64,000 bases of DNA, from positions 249,800,001 to 249,864,000 of the forward strand of contig NC_086097.1 in the NCBI RefSeq assembly GCF_963921235.1, in the 5' to 3' direction. Made by a program: the position numbers and the translations under genes. The notes under the pieces were generated by a model that made no database searches, had not been told where the DNA came from, and saw nothing but the letters and a program-made list of their open reading frames with translations. Origin of the DNA: Mobula hypostoma. Lineage: Eukaryota. This document shows positions 38,766-51,637 of this stretch, in pieces. Within the stretch, counting starts at the first letter, position 1. Each line of letters begins with the position of its first letter.

Positions 38766-41700
38766 CTGTATTGATCAATAAACCAGCTGCTTGGAACCAA
38801 ATGGCTTTTGCCTACTTTGCGGAAGTCATATATCCCTTTATATATTTTACACTGTACTGTACGTATATATTCATTCAATGGATGTGCCTTCTCATGCTGA
38901 ACCAGCATACGACTGCCCTTGGGAAGGTAGTGGTAGTGGTGAGCTTTCTACTCCAACCACTGTAGCTCCTGAGCTGTGTGTACAACCATGCTGCTGTTGA
39001 GGGAGACACAGAACCCTGACCCAGCGATGGCGAAGGAACAGCATTATACTTTCAACTCAGCTTGGTGTGTGGCTTGGAGGGAAACCTCCAGGGGCTAGTG
39101 GTCCCTCATGCTTTTTCCACCCTTTGCTTTCTAGCTGGTAGTGTTTGTGGGTTTGGAAGGTGCTCTGGAGGGAATGGTGATGAATTGCTGCTCTAGCCAG
39201 TCAAAATTGTATATAGGAACCAGCCTCCTTTCTATGGACTTTGCCTATACATCTCACTGCCTCAGTAAGGCAACCAGCGTAATCACAGCCCCCACCCGCC
39301 CTGGACATTTCTCTCCCCCCCCACCCCATCAAGCAGAAGATACAAATGCTTGAAAGCACATACCACCAGGCTCGAGGATGTTATCAGACTCTTCAATGGA
39401 CCTCCTATGATAAGATGGACTCTTGGCCTCACAATCTACCTCGATATGATGTTGCATTTTATATTGTTTGCCTGTACTGCACTTTTTTGGTAGCTTTTTA
39501 CAACCTTATTTCCACATTGTTATTGTTTTACTTTGTTCTACCTCAATGAACTGTCTAATCATTTGATCTGTACGAACAGTATACAAGACAATCTGTTCAC
39601 TGTATCTTGGTACATCCGACTAATCATAACTCAATACCACTGCCAAAAAACTGCTTTTGCTAAGCAACAGTGGAGAAGTGAGTGAATGAATGGTCGTAGA
39701 AGGCTACAATATCCTGTATGCATCTTAAGAGTCATAGAGCACTACAGCACAAAAACAGGTCCTTTAGTTCAGTTAATTCATATTGGTCCAGTTTTCTGCC
39801 TAGTCCTATCTACCTGCACCCAAACCATGGCCCTCCATACCCCTGCCATCCATGTAGCTCTCCAAACCTCTCTCAAATGTTGAAATCGAATTGGATCCCT
39901 CCACTCCCAATGGGAGCTCATTCCACACTTTCACCACTCTCAGTGCAGCAGTTTCCCCTTTTGCTCCCCTTAAATCTTTTCAGCTTTCAACCTTAGTTGT
40001 AGTCTCACCCAGCCTCAGTGGAAAATGCCTGCTTGCATTTACCCCATCTATACCCCTCATTATTTTGTATACCTCTATCAAATCTCATCTCAATCTTCTA
40101 CATTCCAAGGAATAAAATTCCAACCTATTCAATCTTTCCTTATAACTCAGGTCCTCAGGTTCCGGCAACATCCTTGTAAATTTTCTCTGTACTCTTTCAA
40201 TCTCATGAGGAAAAGATGTAAGTAAGATAGCTCTCCCTAAAACGCAAGCCCTCTAGCCCTGGCAACATCCTCATAATATTTTTCTGCACTTTTGCCAGTT
40301 TAACCATGCCTTTCCTATAAACCTGAGCATTAATGTATTCATCAGAAATAAAAAAGGACAATTTTAAAGCTTCTTCTGGGAAAAATTCTCCTTCCAAATC
40401 TTTTGATATTATGGACCAATTTCCCCCGGGATCAATGAAGTATGACTATGACTATGAGATAACTTCCCTAAACACTTCCCCACTAAAACATTCTCCAGAT
40501 AGGATCCACAATATTTCTTCATCCCTCTTTGGGCACGAAGAGGAAAGAGCATTCACATTATACACAGAGTTATTTTTAAAGAAAATTGATTTTAAGATTA
40601 TTTTGAGAGTTGTAACAGTGAATTATGATCATCGTTACTGATATTCCAATGTCATCGTGGTTATTCACTCTTCTGCAATATTACATCAATTACCAGCACT
40701 TCCTTTAAAAATAATTATCCACAAAGAGATATATCAGGGTATGTGTATATCAGTACCACAAATGGGCACCTCATGTCAAAGAACACACAAGTCATTCACT
40801 TATTGCACAGATATGTCACCAAAGACTCGAGCAAATTTCTACCAATGTACTGTGGACAGAATTCTGATTGGTTGCATCAATGTCTAGAATGGAGGGATCC
40901 CGGACGGGACCAGAAAAAGTGGAAGGGGGTTACAAATTCAGCCAGTTGCATCCAGGGCACTAGCCTCTCCAAAATACAGGACATCTTCAAATGGTGATGC
41001 TTCAAGAATGCGGCCTCCACAAATAAGAACCCCCATCACAAAGTTTATGCCCTCTTCTCACTAAGGAGGAGGTACAGGAGCTTGAAGGCACACACCCAAC
41101 ATTTTAGGAACAGATTTTTTTCTCCTTCGCCAACAGATGAATAGACAATGAACCAACATATGAACGCTAGCTCATTACTTTTACCCTCTTTTTGCAATTC
41201 TTATTGAGTTATAAAAGTGTGTGTGTGTGTGTGTCTGTCTGTCTGTAGAACTGATGACCGAGAAAGTTGTGGTCGACAGTGCATGACATTCATGAGTTAC
41301 ATCAAGGGATGGACAGGAAAAAAAAAGTCAGAATCAGTTTCAATATCACCATCATTTACCGTGAAATTGGTGCCTTTGCAGCAGCAAGGCATTGCAATAC
41401 ACGATGAATAGAGGAGAAAAACTGAATTACAGTAAGTACATATGTATATTAAATAGTTAAATTACAATAAGTAGTGCAAAAACAAAATTTTAAAAAGTAG
41501 TCAAGGGTTCAATGTCCATTCAAAAATCAGGTGGTAGAGGGGAAGGAGTTGTTCCTGAATCAGGGAGTGTGTGCCTTTAGGCTCCTGTGTCTCCTTCCTG
41601 ACGGTAGCAATGAGAAGAGGGCATGTTCTGGGTGGTGGGGATCCATGACGGAGCTGACTAATTTTATAACTGTCTGCAGCTTATTTCCTTTTCTGAAGTT

Positions 41701-43134
41701 TTGAGGAACTTCTCAGAACTTCTCTGATTAAAGACAGGTAGAAGATCGTGATCAACCACATCATACCGACCCAGCACATGATTTTTTTTTTGCAATTTAT
41801 AGTATTTTTATGTATTGCACTGTACTGCTGCCATAATTCAATAAATTTCATATCAGTGAAATTAAACCTCATTCTGATACATCTACGGTACATAGCACTT
41901 AGAATACAACGGTAGAAATATTTCTGATCCAAAATAAGAACTCACTCCAGCCGAACACCGGTTTTCAAATTCAATTGCTTCACTGGTCAGAACTTTTATT
42001 TTCCTGTTCAAACCATTTTAGTAGGCTCGTTCAAATTATCAAAGAAAGTCAGTTACACTGTTGGATTTTGTGAATAAAACATCTGAGAGTCATGTTATGT
42101 GCTTAACAAAAGCTGGATCCCTTTACTTCCATTTCCAACAAAAGAGGTCACTTTACACTGATCATCTCTTAACGTGAACACAACTCAATTACGGTCTGTG
42201 TGAATTATGAGACTGTAAGATCATAAGCTATAGGAGCAGAATTAGACCACTTGCCCCATCAAGTCTGCTCCACCATTTCAGGACCGATCTAATTTTTCCC
42301 TCAGCCCCAATCTCCCGCCTTCCATCAATATACATAAAGAGTTGGCTTCCACAGCTGCCTGTGGCAAAGAAGTCCAGATTCACCACTCTCTGGCTAAAAA
42401 AAATCTTCCTCATCTCTGTTCTAAAAGAATGCCCAACCATTCTGAAGCTGGATCCACTGGTCTTAGACTCTCTCACCACAGGAAATGTCCTCCCCACATC
42501 CACTCTGTCAAAGCCTTTCACCATTTTCCACCTTTATTTCACTGCAATCTATGTTCATTCTCTTTCTCAGACAACATGCAAGGTCAAGATTACTAGTCTC
42601 CCTCTGAAATTAGCCTGACTGTTTTGATGAAGGTTTTTGGCCTGAAATATCAAATGTTTGTTCCTCTCCATAGATGCTGCCCGACCTGCTCAGTTCCTCC
42701 AGCATTTTAAATGTATCAGTCTGACTGGCCTGTCCTTTTGTTTTTAAGTATACCCTTTTTGTAAGGTCGATATCTATTCTCCAATCCTTTAGCACCACTC
42801 CTTTAATCAGGAAAAGTGGAAAAACAATTCTCCAGTTTTGTTTCATTTTTTACTGTGAACAAACTTGGGGTATATTTTCCATAAACCTGATGTCTTCTAC
42901 AATTTACTTTGAACTTTTTAAAAAGTTGCTAGGGTCCTATATGCCTCTGTTGCTAGTATTTTTCCATCTTATGATTTTCAGTTGGCCATTCAGAAAGAAT
43001 CTTATCTATATTATTTGTCTCCACATACTTCCATGATACCATTTTGGCCTCTGACACACCTTACTAGTTCTTTAGTCATCCTCCTTGTCCTTCATGTACC
43101 CATAGTGTTCTTCTAGTCTAACCTTTCTGGAGTA

Positions 43135-44020
43135 CTGTATGGCTAGGTACAGCTCAGATGCCATCTATAAATTTGCTGATGTTACAACCATTATTGGCAG
43201 AATTTCAGATGGCGATAAAAGGGCGTACAGGAGTGAGATATACCAGCTAGTTGAGTGGTGTCACAGCAATAACGTAACATCAGCAGAGCAAAGAGTTGAT
43301 TGTGGAGTTCAGAAAGGGCAAGACGAGGGAACACGAACCAACCCTCATAGTGGGATCAGAAGTGGAAAGAGTGAGCAATTTCAAGTTCCCGGCTGTCAAT
43401 ATCTCTGAGGGACCTAACCTGAGCTCAACATTTTGATGCAGCTATAAGGAAGGCAAGACTACGGCTATATTTCATCAGGAGTTTGAGGAGATTTGGTTTG
43501 TCAACTAAAACACTTGAAAACTTCTACAAATGTACTATAGAGAGCATTCTGACTGGCTACATCACTATCTGGTACAAGGGGGATACTGCACAAGATCAAA
43601 GTAAGCGGCAGACAGTTGTAAAATGAGTTAGCTCCATCATGAATATCTGAGACATCTTCAAGGAGCGGTACCTTAGGAAGACAGCGCCCATCATTAAGGA
43701 CCACTACCATGCAGGACATGCCCTCTTCTCCTTGTTACCATCAGGTAGGAGGTACAGAAGCCTGAAGGCACACACTCAGTGATTCAGGAACAGCTTCTTC
43801 CCCTCTGCCATCCAATTCCTAAATGGACATTGTAGCCATGAACACTACCTCACTACATTTTTATTTCTGGTCTTTTTGTTTATTATATAGACACACACAC
43901 ATATATACACTTAATGTAACTCAGGTTTTTATCCTCTATATCTATCATGTATTTCATCTTACTGCTGCTGTAAAGTTAACAGGTTTCATGACATATGCTG
44001 GTGATTATGATCCTGACCAG
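43135..44020 (+). mobile_element. Rex1/Babar LINE RT-to-3' fragment
   Basis: IYKFADVTTIIGRISDGD..YRSE motif and the downstream Rex1-type C-terminus. Confidence 0.8.
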
Positions 44021-44224
44021 TAGGTTCCATGGGGCTTGGTATTTAATCCCTACAACATCCACACATGCATGAAGGAGTTTTGCATATGACTGAAGAATTC
44101 AAAGTTCAAAGTAAATTTATTACCAAAGTACATATATTTCACAACATACAACCCTGAGATTCATAGCCAGGAGCAATTCAACTTTAATTACATAATGAGT
44201 AATATGTAATTATTACATATTACA

Positions 44225-44850
44225 GGAGGAGAAGATGGCGGCGCAACGCAGCGCACGCAGCCTCTCCAGTGATGAATATCTGTTATCTGTCAAGTAGGGT
44301 GCCGTGCACAATCCTGATTTGATGGAGGCAGACGCGAGAGCATGGAGGAACATCTTGTGAAACTTCTGAAATGCCTGTTTCGCTGCCGCCGCTACTGTAT
44401 GATCCGAAATCTCCGGAGGGGAAGGCAGCCGGGGCCGAGGTCAAAGCGCTTGGCAGAGATGGTGCCCGGTGCTCGGTGTCAGAGGGCTGGTCAGAGGCTC
44501 GAAGTTTTCAGACAGACTCAAAGTCGGACTGTGGTCGGGTGTTTCCAGGATGCTGCATCGGCAAGTTTGCGGTGCTGGAAGCTCATGGCAGCGAGAGTTT
44601 TCTCCCTTCTACCGTCTGCGTGAGATGATGAGGCTATCGGGACTTTGAGACGTTTTTTTAACCGTGCCCATGGTCTACTCTTATCAAATTACGGTATTGC
44701 TTTGCACTGTTGTAACTATATGTTATAATTATGTGTTTTTTGTCAGCTTTAGTCTTGGTCTGTCTTGTGTTTCTGTGATATCATACTGGAGGAACATTGT
44801 ATCATTTTTTAATGCATGCATGTCTAAACGACAATAATCTAATCTAATGA
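44225..44850 (+). mobile_element. CpG-rich non-autonomous retroposon (AAGATGGCGG head, (AATCT)n tail); partial homolog at about 37100-37550
   Basis: Two dispersed similar copies; no credible ORF. Confidence 0.65.
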
Positions 44851-45285
44851 ATCTACATGTTTACCAGGATTGAACCTGGGTTGCTAGAGCTCTATGGTCA
44901 GCAACCACTGAAGTTATTCTAATTGGGCTGTTCTTTCCTTTTTAAAGGATACAATACTGGCATCAATCCTTCAACCAGGAAAATTGACAAATAATTGTCT
45001 CCATAATTCCTTCCATTTCTGCTTTTAACAACCTGGCACATTTCTCAGGGGCTAAACTGATGCACAGCTCTTCTCTGGCTATGTTTCTCCCCATACAATG
45101 TTTCACACATTGCCTCACTGTAGTACGGATGTCAGGAAAAGATTTAAAAGTTTGTTTTATTTCTCACATACACATTAACATGTACGATAAAATGCATTAT
45201 CTGTGTTGATTCAAATCAGCGACGATTGTGCTGACGGCAGATCACAAGTGTCATCATGATTCTGGAACCAAAATATATATTTATA

Positions 45286-45586
45286 TAGGCATCCGTTAGT
45301 CTCATGAGACCATGGATTTGCGCCTTGGAAGGTTTCCAGGGCGCAGGCCTGGGCAAGGTTGTATGGAAGACCAGCAGTTGCCCATGCTGCAAGTCTCCCC
45401 TCTCCACGACACAGATGTTGTCCATGGGAAGGACACTAGGACCCACACAGCTTGGCACCAGTGTCGTTGCAGAGCAATGTGTGGTTAAGTGCCTTGCTCA
45501 AGGATACAACACGCTGCCTTAGCCAAGACTCAAACTAGCGACCTTCAGATCACTAGATGAACGCCTTAACCACTTGGCCACGTGCC
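45286..45586 (-). mobile_element. tRNA-headed SINE with a CORE-like middle and RTE-like tail
   Basis: Minus strand: TGGCCAAGTGGTTAAGGCG (A box), GTTTGAGTC (B box), TGTATCCTTGAGCAAGGCACTTAACC core. Confidence 0.75.
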
Positions 45587-47844
45587 ATCACATAGCATAC
45601 CCACAATCCACTAACCCTAACCCTTACATCTTTGGAATATGGGGGGTGGGGAAGAAAGAGTGCCTGAAAGGAACCCACGCGGTCACAAGGAGAGATTGCA
45701 AACTCCTTATGGACAGTGGTGGAAATTGAGCCCCCATCCCAAAGCATTGCGCTAACTGCTACGCTACTGTCCTATTGGAAAGCTTTAATCTACAGAAGAT
45801 ACAGATCGGTTGTGCAAAAAAAGTGGCAAATGGAATTTAGTTTCAAGAACTGTGAACTAATGCATGTGGGGAGACATGGGAATATACGATAAATGGGATG
45901 TATTGCATGGTGTGGAGGAAGAAAGAGATTTAGGAGCTTCTGCCACAAAAAGATAACAGATAATAAGATCATTTTAAAAATGCAAGAAGCTTTTGTGAAA
46001 AATCTTAGCCAAAACAAAGAATACAAGAGCAGCAAGATTATTTTACATTGGCCTTTGTTATTTTAAAAGCACAGCGCTGAACAGGCCCGTCTGGACCAAT
46101 TGGCTGCACCGCCCAGCAACCTTAGCCTATTCACAGGACAATTTACAATCGCCAATTAATCTACTAACTGTTATAGTCATAGTCATACTTTATTGATCCC
46201 AGGGAAAATTGGTATACCCTCGGAATAGGAAACCAAAGCACCCGGAGGAAACACACATTCACAGAGTGGATATACTAATTCCTTACAGACGGCGCTGGAA
46301 TTGAACTCCAACACCCAGAGTTGTCATGCTATCCACTATGCTATTTAGGAGCTCTGTGGACTGCTATTCAAACCACAGCTCAAATACTGTAACTCTGATC
46401 GCTACATTACAGGAAGACCTTGTTGTATTGGTAGAGACTTATTGTGCCAAGAGGTAAGTAAGGATAAGTTATCCAACATTCCCCCTAATTTGTCTTTACT
46501 GCTGTGTAGACCAACCACTGCTCTGAACAGCAATTTATTCATTTAAATGTTTGTTTGTTTATTTATTTATTTATTCTTCTCTTTTTTTTTACATAGCCCG
46601 AAAACTGTGTGGCACTTTAAATGTTTTCTTGTAATATTCATGCTATGAATATTTAGAATAAAAATTGAAGAATTACATACTTCTGATTTTACTTACTAAT
46701 TGAAGGAACATAGAACACAGAAATCTACAGCACATTGGCCCGTAATGTTGTGCTGACCATTTAACCTACTCTAGAAACTGCCTAAAACTTCCCTACCACA
46801 TAGCCCTCTATTTGTAGCTCCATGTCAATTCCCCGCACCGACCAACCTCTGTGTGAAAAACTTACCTCTGACATCCCCCTGTACCTACTTCCAACCACCT
46901 TAAAACTATGCCCCCTCGTGTTAGCCATTTCAGCCCTGGGGAAAAGCCTCTGACTATCCACACGATCAATGCCCCTCTATCAGGTCACCTCTCATCCTTC
47001 GTTGTTCCAAGCAGAAAAGGCCAAGTTCACTCAACCTATTCTCATAAGGCACGCTCGCGAATGCAGGCAACATCCTCTTCACTCTTTCTATAGTATCCAC
47101 AACCTTCCTGTAGTGAGGTGACCAGAACTGAACACAGCTCTCCAAGTAGGGTCTGATATATAGCTGTACCTCGCGGCTATAAAGAGTACAATGAAATACA
47201 GCACAACTTTTTCTCGTCAGGTTTTATTCCAGCTGCGTGACCACAAAGGCTACATGTACGGGAGCATTTCAGTTACTGTGTGGCTGCTCAAAGTGAACGG
47301 TGATTATGACTGTCTTCTTCGGAACATACCAATAAATTACAAGTGGTGAGTGACACAATTTGCATTGCTGACAGTTTGTTGCTTCTTGCTCTGACTAACA
47401 GCCCAGTGATCCTTACTTGATTTACAATGTCATTTTCAGAATGTTAATGTTGCGGGTAAAATACAAACACCAACTTGGCAGAGAAGCTGCTAATTTCCAA
47501 TGGCCTCACATCTAAATTTAATGCCATTGTCAGCGCATGTCTGCACCCATTCACGTACTGTACGGTCAAATGATCGTTATCCATAGACCATCTGAAAGTA
47601 CGTGAAGCTAGTCTGCAGGTTCTTATAACCACCAATCTGACAGGAATATTTTCACTCTCAACATTCTCCTGCAAAATGAGGCACTTTTCAGTGCAAGCCA
47701 CAGGATACTCTGTTGCAGTCCGGAGCAACATCACTTGAATTACACAGTGACAGAGCCAGGTTGAACATAAGCAACATTGTCTAATGGCAGAACATCTCTA
47801 GTTGTCAACGATGAACATCTCAAAGCAAATTCTACATTAGAAAC

Positions 47845-48480
47845 ATGTGTGACCTGCTCTACATCGGTGAGACCCAACATAGATTGGGAGACCGCTTCGT
47901 CGAGCACCTCTGCTCCGAATGCTGCAAAAGGCAAGATGTGCCCATGGCCAACCATTTCAATTTGACTTCCAATTCCAATTCTGATGATAAGAAGGAGTGT
48001 TCTCAGGTTGGAGGAGCAACACCTCATACTTCATCTGGGTAGTCTCCAACCAGATTGCATGGAAATTGATTTCTCTAACTTGTGGTATTCCGTCCCCTTT
48101 CTCTCTTTTTCCATTCCCCATTCCGGTTTCCCCTATTACCCCTTCTCTTACCTGCTCATCATCTCCTTCTGGTTCCCCTGCTCCTTCCCTTTCTCCCATG
48201 GTCCATTCTCCTCTCCTGTTAGATTCCTTCTTCTTCAGCCTTTGACCTCTTCCTTCTATCACCTCCCAGCTTCTTACTTCATCCCCACGCATACCTTCCC
48301 CCTAACCTGGTTTCACCAATCACCTGCCAACTTGCATGCCTCCCCTCCCCCCCACCTTCTAATTCCTGTTTCTTCCCCCCTTTGTTTCCAGTCCTAAAGG
48401 GTCTCGGCCCAAAATATCAACTGTTTATTCGCCTCCGTAGATGCTGTCTGACCTGCTGAGTTCCTCCACCACTCTGTATT
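47845..48480 (+). mobile_element. Penelope-like 3' fragment (GIY-YIG)
   Basis: CDLLYIGETQHRLGDRFVEH and LEEQHLILHLGSLQP. Confidence 0.85.
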
Positions 48481-49540
48481 AAAAATGCCATTGCAATCTT
48501 CTGTTGTTAACTTTAAAAAAGTTTGCATGGATAAAAAAACTTTTGCCATTGGTTGCAAACACAAGATGTTCTGCAGATGCTGGAAATCCACAGCAACACA
48601 TACAAAATGCTGAAGGAACTCAGCAGGCTAAGCAGCATTGAAAGAGAGGAATACACAGTTGAGATTTCGGGCCGAGTCCTGGTGAAGGGTCTCAGAATGA
48701 AACATGGACTGCTTATTCCCCTCCAGAGGCTGCCTGATCTCCAGGGTTTCTCCAGCACTTTGTGTGTGATCCATTTGGTTACAGTTCTGCTTCTTTCTTG
48801 GGCAGCACAAAAGGGTCAATGGCTTGGTCTCACTCCACTCCTGAAGACCAGGGGTTGTTCAAACACAAACTCTTTTGAACAAGGGATGCCTGCCACACTG
48901 AACTGACAAAGCAAAGTCTGGATCCATTGGATAGGGGATTCAGGAGTGGTAATCAAGCACCACTGCTGGTCAGTGGGTAAATTCCAATTAGTGCAGGAGT
49001 TCCCAACCTGGGGTCCACAGGCCGTTGGTTAATGGTAGTGGTCCATGGCACAAAAAAAGGTTGGGATCCCCTGCCCTAGTGTGTGGGTGAGGGGTAGAAT
49101 CTGGGAAGAACTGCTGGGAAAATGAGAATAATGGGATTAGCGTAGAATTGGTGCATCTGTATGATTGACTCCCAGTATGGACCTGATGGCCCGAAGGGCC
49201 TATTCCCAGACTGTATCTGTGTGAGAGTCTGGAGCGATATATGAACTAGAGAGGGCGAGTTAGCAGATTTCCTTCTAGAAACTCATTGAGCCAACAATCA
49301 TTCTGTCAACAACATTACTCGGACCTTGGGGTGGCACTGTAGCGTACTGGTTGGCGTAGCATTATTACAGCACCACTGACCCAGGTTCAATAACAGTTCA
49401 GGGTCGGTGTTCAGACTTCACTTCCAGCACCATCTGCAAGGAGTTCGTACACCCTCACCATGACCTCCAGGTGCTTGCTGTCTGTTAGGATTTACACAGT
49501 CTCCCTGAGACTGCATGGGTTTCCTCCCACTTTCCAAAAA

Positions 49541-49640
49541 CGTTTGGGCTACTTTGTAAACGTTTGGGTTAGTAGGTTAACGTCTGGGCTAGTAGGTTAA
49601 CGTCTGGGCTAGGAGGTTAATGCTTGGGCTAGTAGGTTAA
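49541..49640. repeat. 20-bp tandem repeat x5 (CGTYTGGGCTAGTAGGTTAA) within a SINE
   Basis: Directly visible. Confidence 0.9.
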
Positions 49641-50329
49641 TGGCACATGGGTGCAAATGAGCAGCGTGGGTTAGTTGAGCCAGAAGGGCCTGTTACCATG
49701 CTATATCTCTCAATAAATAAATAAACCCTGACCCATTCACGAACAAATATCTTAATCAATCCACTGCCTGTTCCTCAATTAACCCCAAGAAGGCGGCATT
49801 CATCATTAAAGTCCTTCACCATCCAAGACATAGAGTCATAGAAAAGTACAGCACAGAATCAGGTCCTTCTAGTCCATTCCAAACCATTTAAGCTGTCTAT
49901 TCCCAGTGAAGTGCATGCAGACCATAACCCTCCACAACTATCCAGACTTCTCTTAAATGTTAAAATCAAACCACTTGTGCTGGCAGCTCGTTCCACACTC
50001 TCACCACCATGTTCCCCTTAAACATTTCACCTTTTACCCATGACTTCTGACTGTAGTCCCACCCAACCTCAGTGGAAAAAGCCTGCTCGCATTTACCCTA
50101 TCTATAGCCCTCATAATTTTCTATACCCGTATAAAATTTCCTCTTCATCTTCTACGTTCCAAGGAATAAAGTCCTGACTAATTCAATCTTTCCTCATAAT
50201 TCAGGACAAGTCCCGGCAACATCATTGTAAATTTTCACTGTACTGCTGCCACAAGACAACAGATTTCACATTTGTCTGTGAAAATAAACCAACTTTTGAT
50301 TCAAAATAATGTGCTTTCTTGACATTTCA

Positions 50330-50800
50330 TAGTCATAGTCATACTTTATTGATCCCAGGGGAAATTGGTTTTGTTACAGTTGCATCATAAATAATAAATA
50401 GTAATAAAACCATAAACAGTTAAATAGTAATATGTAAATTATGCCAGGAAATAAGTCCAGGACCAGCCTATTGGCTCAGGGTGTCTGACCCTCCAAGGGA
50501 GGAGTTGTAAAGTTTGATGGCCACAGGCAGGAATGACTTCCTATGACGCTCTGTGCTGCATCTCGGTGGAATGAGTCTCTGGCTGAATGTACTCCTGTGC
50601 CCAACCAGTCCATTATGTAGTGGATGGGAGACATTGTCCAAGATGGCATGCAACTTGGACAGCATCCTCTTTTCAGACACCACCATCAGAGTGTCCAGTT
50701 CCATCCCCACAACATCACTGGCCTTACGAATGAGTTTGTTGATTCTGTTGGTGTCTGCTACCCTCAGCCTGCAGCCCCAGCACACAACAGCAAACATGAC
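50330..50800 (-). mobile_element. Rex1/Babar-like LINE 3' fragment
   Basis: ORF 50468..50797 FAVVCWG..HPLH..KSFLPVAIKLYN; (GACTAT)n tail. Confidence 0.8.
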
Positions 50801-50807
50801 AGACAGT

Positions 50808-51205
50808 TAACCTTACTATTGGTCCCTCTGACTATATCTCTCTCTCCTTTTTCTCCCTCTGTCCCTCTGATTATACCCCTTGACCATCCTCTGGTTCTCC
50901 CCCCCCCCCCGTCTTTCTCCCCGGACCTCCTGTCCCATGCTCCATTCATATCCTTTTTGCCAATCACCATCAGCTTTTGGCTCCATCCCTCCCCCTCCTG
51001 TCTTCTCCTATCATTTTGGATCTCCCCCTCCCCCTCCCACTTTCAAATCTCTTACTCACTCTTCCTTCAGTTAGTCCTGACGAAGGGTCTCGGCCTGAAA
51101 CGTCGACTGTACCTCTTCCTAGAGATGCTGCCTGGCCTGCTGCGTTCACCAACAACTTTGATGTGTGTTGCTTGAATTTCCAGCATCTGCAGAATTCCTG
51201 TTGTA
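50808..51205 (+). mobile_element. Penelope-like pseudo-LTR/3' end
   Basis: Near-identical inverted homolog of 3866-4260. Confidence 0.85.
51073..51108 (+). ncRNA. Minimal type I hammerhead ribozyme motif
   Basis: AGTC-CTGACGA-AGGGTCTCGGCCT-GAAA-CGTC-GACT: stem I AGTC/GACT, conserved core, stem II AGG/CCT, loopless palindromic stem III (ACGT). Confidence 0.75.
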
Positions 51206-51637
51206 TTGGTTATTAATACTACCCAGAGGGTATCATGGTAGCATAGCAGTTACTGCGACACTGTTACAACCCGGGCATTGCAGATTCGACTACAGAATCA
51301 GATTTATTATCACCAGCATGTGTTGTGAAAAAGTAAATCAGTTACAGTATACATATATTGAATAGATTTAAAAACATGCAAAAAAACAGAAATACTATCT
51401 ATTAAATAAGCGAGGTGGTGTCCAAGGGGTCAAAGACCATTTAGGAATCGGATGGCAGAGGGGAAGAAGCTGTTCCTGAATCGCTGAGTGTGTGCCTTCA
51501 GGCTTCTGTATCTTCAACCTGATAGTAACAGTGAGAAAAGGGCATGTCCTGGGTGCTGGAGGTCCTTAATAAAGGACACTGCCTTTCTGAGACACTGTTC
51601 CTTAAAGATGTCCTGGATACTTTGTAGGCTAGTACCC

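Noticed and set aside
46475..47300. Possible hAT-Tip100 MITE split by a CR1 fragment
   Set aside because: Termini are too degraded to confirm a TIR or TSD.
49541..49640. Regularly spaced repeats as a CRISPR-like array
   Set aside because: Head-to-tail 20-mers with no unique spacers, in a eukaryotic SINE context.
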